The translations under genes were made by a program, and so were the position numbers. From the NCBI GenBank assembly GCA_963668175.1, contig OY764159.1, positions 1,984,001 through 2,048,000 on the forward strand: a DNA stretch of 64,000 nucleotides. Reading direction: 5' to 3'. Origin of the DNA: Syntrophales bacterium (GTDB lineage: Bacteria > Desulfobacterota > Syntrophia > Syntrophales > PHBD01). The notes under the pieces are model-generated. The model made no database searches and was not told where the DNA came from. It saw nothing but the letters and a program-made list of their open reading frames with translations. Of this stretch, positions 56,502-64,000 are shown piece after piece (the first letter of the stretch is position 1; each line of letters begins with the position of its first letter).

Positions 56502-56951
56502 ATGACGGATATCGAATACGGCTTTACGGAAGAGGGCGACCTCGACGCGATCCGGACGTTATTGGCCGATTGCGGCCTTCCTATGGACGGCGTCGATGCG
56601 CTCGCCGGCAACGGCCTGGCGGCCCGGTCCGGCGGAGGGATCGCCGGGACGGTTGCCCTGGAGCCTTGCGGGCGGGCGGCCCTGTTGCGGTCGCTTGCCG
56701 TGGCGAAGGATTATCGGGGCCGGTCGCTCGGGGAAGGCCTGATCGGCAGGATAACCGACCATGCGCGCCGGCTCGGCATCGAGAAGTTTTATCTCCTGAC
56801 GACCGGTGCGGAGCGCTATTTCGCCGCCCTGGGCTTCCGGCGCATCGACCGGAACGACGCCCCGCCGGAAATCCGGGCAACGTCCCAGTTCCTTTCCGTC
56901 TGCCCCGTAAGCGCCGTCTGCATGGCGAAAGACATCGAGGCGGAACCGTGA
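56502..56951 (+). CDS. arsN2: Arsenic-resistance GNAT N-acetyltransferase, ArsN2-like
   Basis: LLRSLAV, RGRSLG, YLLTT and C-terminal QFLSVCPVSAVCM. Confidence 0.85.
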   Translation: MTDIEYGFTEEGDLDAIRTLLADCGLPMDGVDALAGNGLAARSGGGIAGTVALEPCGRAALLRSLAVAKDYRGRSLGEGLIGRITDHARRLGIEKFYLLTTGAERYFAALGFRRIDRNDAPPEIRATSQFLSVCPVSAVCMAKDIEAEP

Positions 56952-57153
56952 AGCGCCGCTCCGCGCGACCAGGGAGGATATCCCCATAGCGGCCCGAAAT
57001 AGTCAAAAATAACCCCCCTTTTTTTCATTGTTTTTCCCGGAGCCCGTTCAAGCAACCTCTCAACAGGTCCCACTGTTTTCGTCAAAATATTATATTGAAA
57101 ATATGCCTATGTGATGGCATAGTGTACCTACATTATCTACAAGTATACATCGC

Positions 57154-58191
57154 ATGGCTCTTCGGTGCATTGCCTGTGTTTCCAAACCTCACGGACTGCT
57201 GCGCGGGATATTCGCGTCATATGGAGGACAAGACTTTATGGATGGAGAGACGAAGTCGCCTTTTTTTGAACGAGCCCAATCCGGAGGCGCAATCCTCGTG
57301 CACGCGTTCAAAGTTCTCGACACATATCCCGTTCTGTTCATGCCGATTTTCATATGCTGGATATTTGTGGCGGCAGGAATCCTTTATTTCAACTATGTCT
57401 TCGATTGGGACGCCTGCTCCGCATCCGAGACATTTCTTACGGCGTTTCTCATCATCATGGGGTTTACACTCATTTACTCCATGGCCGCGCTTATGCTGCT
57501 CGAACTTCTGGAGCAGTTGGAAAGGGGCCGTAAATTCAGCATTATCGCCGCCGTCCGTGAAACATTTATGAAAGACCTGCCGAAAGCCCTGCCCGTCATC
57601 GTAACTTGGGCTTTCATCGATTTCTGCCTGACGGTCCTGGATGTCTTTTCAAGGGACTCAAAGAAAGGCGGCAATCTCGGTGACGAGTTTACTGCGGAAA
57701 ACGCGGCAAAAACACTGGCCGGTTACGAAAACACATCCATATTCGACCTGGGCATCGAGGCGCTGGAAAAAGGCATCAGAATGATATCCTTTCTCATATT
57801 CCCGGCGATCGCCTGGGAGGACCTGTCGACGGTCGCCGCCGTCAAAAAAGCCTTTGTGATTCTCCGGGTCCATACGACCGAGTTCGTCTCCGGATATCTG
57901 ACGACCTGGGCGGCGTCGGCCATCATTTTTCTTCCGCCCGGATTGCTGTTTTACATCACCGATAAAATGGGCGCGACATTGCCCGATAGGGTATGGGTTG
58001 CCACGATCATTTATTGCGGCGTCGGATGGAGTTTCTACCTATACCTGGAGCAGATGTTCGCCGGGCTTCTCTACCTCTGGAATAAGAAATGGGAGCAGGA
58101 GCTCGGTTACGCGGAAGAAAGCGGGGCGTCTTTGAGCCTGCGCGATGTCAGGCAGCCTTCGTTCCTCGATGGCATCGCCGACTTGAATTAA
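57154..58191 (+). CDS. Hypothetical multi-pass membrane protein
   Basis: 345-aa ORF with about six hydrophobic segments and lower GC than its flanks. The start may be ATG 57238. Confidence 0.7.
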   Translation: MALRCIACVSKPHGLLRGIFASYGGQDFMDGETKSPFFERAQSGGAILVHAFKVLDTYPVLFMPIFICWIFVAAGILYFNYVFDWDACSASETFLTAFLIIMGFTLIYSMAALMLLELLEQLERGRKFSIIAAVRETFMKDLPKALPVIVTWAFIDFCLTVLDVFSRDSKKGGNLGDEFTAENAAKTLAGYENTSIFDLGIEALEKGIRMISFLIFPAIAWEDLSTVAAVKKAFVILRVHTTEFVSGYLTTWAASAIIFLPPGLLFYITDKMGATLPDRVWVATIIYCGVGWSFYLYLEQMFAGLLYLWNKKWEQELGYAEESGASLSLRDVRQPSFLDGIADLN

Positions 58192-58449
58192 GGAATTCGG
58201 TCAAGGCGGGCCTGGCGCTCGCCGGTGACGGCAGAGGATTTCCGGGGCCGGTCGTAAGGGGGGATAAATTGATTCCGCATCCCCGGCCGGGGCGTTATCG
58301 GCCGCAAAACCGGCGCCGCAAATAAACAATTGACTCCGGGACGGGAATCGTGATTAATCGCCCCTGTATTCGCAATGGAATATCCCGGCGAGAACACGAT
58401 TCCATCTATCTATGGTTTGCGTTGCTTCGCATCCCGGGAAGCAGGTGAA

Positions 58450-59133
58450 ATGAAACGCCTTGTCCTGGTCGCCCTCATCCCTGTCGCCGCCCTGTGGGTT
58501 GGAGCTACGATGGCTTTCGCGCAGGCTGTGCAGCCTATCGACGTCAAGTTCAAGATGCTGGATATGTCGGACCCCTATGCCTTTTCCGAAACGCCCCTGC
58601 CCGGCGCGAAGGTGCGGCTGGTGCTGGGGAAAAGTCCGAACTGGCAGGATGCCGGCGCCGGATGCACGTTCGGCACCGATGCCAGGGGCGAGGCCCGTTT
58701 TGTCATGGAGGGCCTCATCGACAAACAATGGCAGTCCCGGAATATCGGATTCACGCCGTTCAGCTGGCCGTCCCGCGCGGAACACGTGTTCGTCGCCGTG
58801 GAGCTGGACCATGAATTTTCCTTCGTCAAAGGGCGCAAGCCCGAGGTCCTGCGCTGGCTCCTCACCATGGATGTCTATTGCTTCGCCGACGGGCAGTGCA
58901 GCACGGTCGGATTCATGACCATATTCGCGCGCGATGCCGCCGGCCGCTTCACCAGGGCCCTGGAACGGCAGGGCGGCGAGGATGCCTGGAAGGTCCCCGA
59001 GCTGAACAACCGGGTGATCTGGGGGATGAGCTACAAAGTCGCAAATTTCGGGTTCGAGGCGGCAGAGGGCAATCCCCGGAAACGCACCTTCGTCCTGACG
59101 CTGAAACGGTTTCTGCGGCGGCCTCTGGAGTAG
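58450..59133 (+). CDS. Hypothetical exported protein
   Basis: Signal peptide MKRLVLVALIPVAALWVGATMAFA followed by a beta-rich mature region. Confidence 0.7.
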   Translation: MKRLVLVALIPVAALWVGATMAFAQAVQPIDVKFKMLDMSDPYAFSETPLPGAKVRLVLGKSPNWQDAGAGCTFGTDARGEARFVMEGLIDKQWQSRNIGFTPFSWPSRAEHVFVAVELDHEFSFVKGRKPEVLRWLLTMDVYCFADGQCSTVGFMTIFARDAAGRFTRALERQGGEDAWKVPELNNRVIWGMSYKVANFGFEAAEGNPRKRTFVLTLKRFLRRPLE

Positions 59134-59194
59134 CGTTCCCCGCTGCATCGGGGCTCCGCCTTCCGGGATCGCCGGGCCTGCTGCGCGCGCCATC

Positions 59195-59620
59195 TCACTT
59201 CCGGCTTTTCACTTCCACGTTTTCCGCCGATTCGACGCACACGAACCTCATGACCCCGGGCCTGTCGTCCGTGAACGGGCAGACGGTGAAGTCGGCGAAG
59301 ACCGCGTTTTCCCAGGTGAGCAGTCCGGCCAGATCGTCCGGGATATTCCGGTAGTCTTTCAGAAAGAACCGGCCTTCCGATACGCCGAGGATGCGCCTGG
59401 TTCCGACGGGCCATATCCTGATGCTGGGGGTGCCGTTTGCGAGGGTCATCCTGCCCCTTACGGCGTAGCACGATCCGGAAAGCATCGGGTGATCCTTGCA
59501 GGGCTTCCTTGTTTCCCGCGTTTCGCCGCCCGCGCCGTGCGCGCCGAAGACGAGGACGACGGCCGCCGCCGCAAAGACTGCGAGCTTCCCCAGGCTTTTA
59601 TGTTTATCGTCCTTTTCCAT
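59195..59620 (-). CDS. Hypothetical exported protein with four Cys
   Basis: Signal-like KLAVFAAAAVVLVFGAHGA, then CY.VRGR...NGTPSIRIWPVGTRRILG...FTVCP...VCVESA. Confidence 0.65.
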   Translation of the reverse strand: MEKDDKHKSLGKLAVFAAAAVVLVFGAHGAGGETRETRKPCKDHPMLSGSCYAVRGRMTLANGTPSIRIWPVGTRRILGVSEGRFFLKDYRNIPDDLAGLLTWENAVFADFTVCPFTDDRPGVMRFVCVESAENVEVKSRK

Positions 59621-59827
59621 TGCGGTCATTCCTGACGCCCGTTGCGTTCGATACATGTTACCAGGCAACAGGGGGCCGTTCAAGGGCATAATGACAAGGC
59701 CGGATGATTCACGACGCCCGCCTTTTTCTTTCGAGCATCGCCGCCGATCGTCGCGCTGCTTCCCAGCGGGCATGGCGCGGATTGGGGTTGCCCGGTGTTC
59801 CTGCACGCTCCCGCGCCTTCCCGGCGG

Positions 59828-60565
59828 TCAGTTCCGGCCGCCGTTCACCTTGATGACCTGCCCGTTGATCCAGCCGCTATCAGGGCCGGCCAGGAAGGAG
59901 ACGACGCGGGCGATGTCGTCGGGCTCGCCGAGACGGCCGAGGGGAATGTCGTCCGTCAGGCGCCGGATGAGTTCTTCGGACCTTCCGGCCAAAAACAGTT
60001 CCGTCGCGACCGGCCCCGGCGCAACGGCATTGACGGTGACGCCGCGCGCGCCCAGTTCCTTGGCGAGGACGTGCGTCATCGCTTCCACCGCCGCCTTGGC
60101 CGCCGCGTAGACGCCGTGGGCGGGAAGGTAGTGGCCGATGATGCTCGTCGAGAGGTTGACGATGCGGCCGCCGTTGCGCACCCGCCGCGCGCCTTCGCGC
60201 ATGCCGTTGAAAGCGCCCGTGAGGTTGACCGCGATCAGGCTCCGGTAGTCCTCGTCGGAGACGTCCTTCAGAGGCGATACCTTGATGATCCCGGCATTGT
60301 TCACCAGGGCGTCGACGGGTCCGAATTCGGCTTCGGCGCGGTCGAAGAGCGTTCGCACGGCTGCGGCGTCGGCGACGTCGGCGCATACCGCCATCGCGCA
60401 TCCGCCTGCTTTTTCAATCGCCGCGACGACCTCCCGCGCTTCCGCCTCGCTCGTATTGTAGTTGACGACCGTCCGGAATCCGTCCGCCGCGAGCCGCCTG
60501 GTCAGCGCCGCGCCGATGCCTTTCGAGGCCCCCGTTACGATGGCCGTTCGTGTTTCTTTGGACAT
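59828..60565 (-). CDS. SDR-family oxidoreductase
   Basis: TGASKGIG, NNAG, YAAAK and APGP. Confidence 0.95.
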   Translation of the reverse strand: MSKETRTAIVTGASKGIGAALTRRLAADGFRTVVNYNTSEAEAREVVAAIEKAGGCAMAVCADVADAAAVRTLFDRAEAEFGPVDALVNNAGIIKVSPLKDVSDEDYRSLIAVNLTGAFNGMREGARRVRNGGRIVNLSTSIIGHYLPAHGVYAAAKAAVEAMTHVLAKELGARGVTVNAVAPGPVATELFLAGRSEELIRRLTDDIPLGRLGEPDDIARVVSFLAGPDSGWINGQVIKVNGGRN

Positions 60566-60708
60566 GGTTTGCCCTCCTTGTTGTTCCGCCTCGCCGCGCC
60601 GCGGCGGCTTCCCGCCCGCGACGGCGGCCTGCGTATGGTCGGTGAATATATCCGGCCCCGCCGGTCTTATGCGCGAAGACGGGGCCGCCTTTGTCCGGGC
60701 CGCCTCGG

Positions 60709-61368
60709 TCAGAGCCGCATGGACAGTTCGACGTCCGCCGTGAACGGCACGGACATGTAGCCGTTTGCGGGCGAGCGCACGCGCGCCAGGTAGTCCGGGT
60801 TTTGATCGGCGTCGTCGGCGACGATGAACGCGCTCGGCCGGAGACGGCCCTCCGCGAGGTCCAGGATGTCGGAGTAGAGCGCCTTGGCGCCGTCGAGGAG
60901 GAGCAGGTCGATACTCTCCGGAAGATCGGAGCCGAGGGTCGCCAGCGCGTCCCCCTCCCGGATCTCCACCAGGTCGATGAGGCCGCCGTCCGTCAGGTTC
61001 TTTCTCGCCCGCGCCGCCTTCGAGGCCTCGAACTCCGTTGTGATAAGCCTGCCGCCGCCGTTGTCCCGCAGGGCCGCGGCGAGGTGCAGGGTCGAGACGC
61101 CGAACGAGGTCCCGAACTCGACGATGGTCCGCGCGCGGCAGTTCCGCGCGAGCATGTAGAGGAGCGCGCCCGTCTCCCGCGAGACGGCGAGGGGAAAGTC
61201 TTTCAATCGCCCGTAGAAGTCGAGGTAGCCTGTCTTGCTCCGCATGAGCGTATCCTGCGCCTCAAAAAGATCGGCCACGGCGCGGCTCGTCGCCGGCGAC
61301 GCGGCGGCATCCTCTTCGAACAGGCGATCCAGCAGGGGCGCGAGGGGTGTGTCGGTCAAGGTTGTCAT
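60709..61368 (-). CDS. Class I SAM-dependent O-methyltransferase
   Basis: VEFGTSFGVST, EGDA and LLLDGAK. Confidence 0.9.
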   Translation of the reverse strand: MTTLTDTPLAPLLDRLFEEDAAASPATSRAVADLFEAQDTLMRSKTGYLDFYGRLKDFPLAVSRETGALLYMLARNCRARTIVEFGTSFGVSTLHLAAALRDNGGGRLITTEFEASKAARARKNLTDGGLIDLVEIREGDALATLGSDLPESIDLLLLDGAKALYSDILDLAEGRLRPSAFIVADDADQNPDYLARVRSPANGYMSVPFTADVELSMRL

Positions 61369-61387
61369 CTAAGCCTCCAATTTCGGG

Positions 61388-61444
61388 TTGACGTTATCTT
61401 CATGCGGGGTTAAAATACGACGAATTATTCATGTTTGCAATTCG
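61388..61444 (+). promoter_or_regulatory. sigma70 promoter and probable TetR operator
   Basis: TTGACG-17-TAAAAT (61388-61416) and inverted repeat CGAATT-N12-AATTCG (61421-61444), between divergent genes. Confidence 0.55.
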
Positions 61445-61461
61445 CATTGGGGGAGATGCCT

Positions 61462-62094
61462 ATGACCAATCGCCGAAGTATCGATATATCCTTAAGAAAG
61501 CAGCCGAAGCAGGCCCGCTCGACGGACCTCGTCGCCGTCATTCTGGAGGCGGCTGTTCAGGTTTTGACTAGGGAGGGGGCGCAGCGTTTCACCACGGCGC
61601 GGGTGGCGGAGAAGGCCGGGGTCAGCGTCGGGTCGCTCTATCAGTATTTTCCGAACAAAGCGGCGATCCTGTTCCGGCTTCAGAGCGACGAATGGCGGCG
61701 GACGACGGAGTTGCTGCGCGGCATCCTGGAAGACGCCCGGAGGCCGCCGCTGGCGCGGCTGCGCACCCTGGTCCGCGCCTTCGTCCGCTCGGAATGCGAG
61801 GAGGCCGGGATGCGCGTGGCCCTCAACGACGCTGCGCCGCTCTATCGCGACGCGCCCGAGGCGCAGGAGGCGAGGGCGGCGGGGGACCGCACGGTCCGGC
61901 TGTTCATGCGGGAGGTGCTGCCCCATGCCCCGGAGGCGACGCGGGTGCTGGCGGCCGACCTGATCACGACGACCCTCGGCACGGTGGGGAAGCAATTCTC
62001 GGCCAGCCCCCGGACCAGCGCGGAGATCGACACGTATGCCGACGCCATGGCCGACATGTTCTCTGCCTATCTGGAAAGCCTCGAACGCGGCTGA
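61462..62094 (+). CDS. TetR-family transcriptional regulator
   Basis: RKQPKQARS...FTTARVAEKAGVSVGSLYQYFPNK. Divergent from the O-methyltransferase. Confidence 0.93.
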   Translation: MTNRRSIDISLRKQPKQARSTDLVAVILEAAVQVLTREGAQRFTTARVAEKAGVSVGSLYQYFPNKAAILFRLQSDEWRRTTELLRGILEDARRPPLARLRTLVRAFVRSECEEAGMRVALNDAAPLYRDAPEAQEARAAGDRTVRLFMREVLPHAPEATRVLAADLITTTLGTVGKQFSASPRTSAEIDTYADAMADMFSAYLESLERG

Positions 62095-62294
62095 GACGGC
62101 CGCCGGGGCGGGTTGGGAATATCGTGTTTCGGGGAGTGATGTGCGGCGAGGCCGTGCGGATTCCGGGGGAGCTTCTGGAAAGATGACGGCCTCCCTAAAA
62201 AAGGGGAATGAATAGGTTCCTGTTCCGCGCATTCACCACTGGTATTTTACGGCATGTCAAACGGCAACATTCGCCAATCAATTATTAAAAACAC

Positions 62295-62323
62295 TTGACT
62301 GAACTAATCCATTGGATTACAGT
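62295..62323 (+). promoter_or_regulatory. TA operon promoter with palindromic operator
   Basis: TTGACT-17-TACAGT, with a perfect 7-1-7 inverted repeat TAATCCA-T-TGGATTA at 62305-62319. Confidence 0.7.
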
Positions 62324-62329
62324 ATCTCC

Positions 62330-62671
62330 GTGATAACCGTTGCGGAAACGACCGAATTTGCGAGGCGGGCCGGAAAACTCTTATCCGAGGATGAGCGAAA
62401 CGAACTGATTTATTTCCTTGCCTTGCACCCCAAATCCGGCACCGTCATGGAAGGCACGGGCGGCATCCGCAAGCTGCGCTGGGCCAGGGAAGGCAAGGGA
62501 AAGAGCGGCGGCGTCCGTGTCATTTACTTTTTTTACAGCGAGAAAATGCCGCTTTACCTTCTCACCGTCTATGGGAAAAACGAGAAGGACGACCTTTCCG
62601 CGAGCGAGCGCAGGGAATTGGCGAGACTGGCCCGAATGCTCGTCCGGTCCGCGACGAAAGATAGAACATGA
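62330..62671 (+). CDS. higB: RelE/HigB-family toxin
   Basis: GTGGIRKLRW, GKSGGVRVIYF and YGKNEKDDL. The toxin gene precedes the antitoxin. Confidence 0.88.
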   Translation: MITVAETTEFARRAGKLLSEDERNELIYFLALHPKSGTVMEGTGGIRKLRWAREGKGKSGGVRVIYFFYSEKMPLYLLTVYGKNEKDDLSASERRELARLARMLVRSATKDRT

Positions 62672-62681
62672 GGAAAACGAC

Positions 62682-62984
62682 ATGAGCGATATCTTCGAGA
62701 GTATTAAAAAAGGGATGGCCGAAGCCATCGACCACCGGAAAGGAAAAAAGACGGGGATCAAGGTTTACCGGCCTGCCCCGGTCGATGTCAAGAAGGTGCG
62801 GGAAAAAACGGGGTTGACGCAGGAGAAATTCGCCGCGACATTCGGCATCAGCGTTGCCACCTTGCGCCACTGGGAACGGGGCGACCGCGTACCGCAAGGC
62901 CCGGCGCTCGTCCTGCTGAACGCCATCGGGAAAGAACCGGCCACCGTCCTGCGGATATTGGGAAGCAGGAAAAAAGCGGCGTGA
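62682..62984 (+). CDS. higA: HigA-type XRE HTH antitoxin
   Basis: DIFESIKKGMAEA, REKTGLTQEKFA and TLRHWERG. Confidence 0.88.
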   Translation: MSDIFESIKKGMAEAIDHRKGKKTGIKVYRPAPVDVKKVREKTGLTQEKFAATFGISVATLRHWERGDRVPQGPALVLLNAIGKEPATVLRILGSRKKAA

Positions 62985-63091
62985 AAATTTAAAAGCAGGA
63001 AAACAGGCAATCTGAATCTGGTCTGTCAGGATTGCCTCAAATGAATGCCGTTGCTGTACACTCTAATTAAGTATGCTGTCCCCCGAACTCT

Positions 63092-63509
63092 ATCAAGGTC
63101 GAAAACATCCTCACGGACAACGGCCGGGAGTATTGCGGCCGGGCCATGATCCATCCTTATGAGATATTCCTGGAATTGAATGACGTCGAGCACCGCCGGA
63201 CGAAAGTGGCAAGACCAAGGACCAACGGATTCGTGGAGAGATTCAACAAGACCGTTCTCGATGAGTTCTTTTGCGAGACCTTCCGGGAAAGGCTGTATAC
63301 CTCCGTTGATGAGCTCCAAGAGGATCTCGATCAGTGGCTCCATCATTACAATTATGAAAGACCCCATCGGGGTTACCGCAACATGGGCAGGCGCCCCATT
63401 GAAACATTAGAAGCAGGGAAAACTGTCAAAAAGCAGATGTTGAAAACAGCAGCTTAAATATCGTTACCGGAGAGAAGAAAACTGTCCGGGAAGTGCTTGC
63501 GCTTTGCAG
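63092..63509 (+). mobile_element. IS481-family transposase 3' remnant with probable right end
   Basis: In frame IKVENILTDNGREYCG...RPRTNGFVERFNKT...HYNYERPHRG, stop at 63457. The N-terminal part is missing. Putative end ACTGTCC...TGCA at ~63482-63509. Confidence 0.8.
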
Positions 63510-63522
63510 ATCAATTAATAAA

Positions 63523-63999
63523 TCATTCATCATCAATGTAATGGCAAAAGTTATCAATATCTTCAATGATTGATAGAGTGACTGTCTCAATACCCCTGAT
63601 AGTATTGTTTATAGCGATATCACTACTCGGCTTTCCATAAAGCCCACCCAACAAACGTAATGATGCAAGTATGAACGTCAATGGACTTTTGTTTTTTCTT
63701 GAATGAGCAATAAAATAACTCCGATTGTCGCAAATGAATTTCTTGTAACTATCGGGGAAATACTTTCTATATAGGTTTGGATCTTTCTGCAATTCTTTCG
63801 AAATTCTTATGTCATTCCAAATAATAACGTTTATATCTTGGCAGCTATCCTTGATAGAATTAAGAGTCTTTTCTAGATTAACGCTCAAACGAGCGTTCGT
63901 AAATAAGAAGTATCCATTTGCTTTTTGAGATCTAACCCGGTCAGTAACATTGAAAATATCCTTTTCAGTTATTGTCCTGCCGGATTTAGTAAATTTTAC
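63523..63999 (-). CDS. Partial AT-rich protein, Mrr-like restriction endonuclease domain suspected (5' end outside window)
   Basis: Frame open to the window edge: VKFTKSGRTITEKDI...DRVRSQKANGYFLFTN...IIWND...LQKDPNLYRKYF. Strongly AT-rich. Confidence 0.5.
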   Translation of the reverse strand, partial: VKFTKSGRTITEKDIFNVTDRVRSQKANGYFLFTNARLSVNLEKTLNSIKDSCQDINVIIWNDIRISKELQKDPNLYRKYFPDSYKKFICDNRSYFIAHSRKNKSPLTFILASLRLLGGLYGKPSSDIAINNTIRGIETVTLSIIEDIDNFCHYIDDE

Positions 64000-64000
64000 T

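Overview
GC-rich bacterial window whose gene content suggests Desulfobacterota, probably Syntrophales-like (inference). 1-11 kb: a TerC gene, a nonsense-interrupted DUF3788-like gene, an HD protein and rlpA with a 196-bp MITE-like insert in its leader. A ~1.9-kb gap holds a 48-aa small ORF and a consensus sigma54 promoter followed by a ~500-nt, GGA-rich, highly base-paired candidate ncRNA. Next come a thiolase and a decayed duplicate of its 3' end and terminator, which brackets a dCache chemoreceptor gene, and a phasin-like gene. 10.5-51 kb is a ~40-kb signalling island with two chemosensory operons. The first carries a short CheR-like methyltransferase and a metallo-beta-lactamase-fold gene directly before a sensor-less poly-HAMP receptor. 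The second is joined to cheX, a Hpt hybrid kinase and a PP2C / anti-sigma / STAS partner-switch trio. The island also has PilZ, HD-GYP, several hybrid kinases and a sigma54 activator. 53-57 kb is a compact mercury-methylation and arsenic operon (hgcC-arsM-hgcA-hgcB-C_GCAxxG_C_C-arsN2) with no ArsR. The right end has an SDR, an O-methyltransferase, TetR, a HigBA-type TA pair, an IS481 remnant and the start of an AT-rich foreign segment. I saw no rRNA, tRNA or CRISPR array. All calls come from reading motifs by eye; no searches were run.
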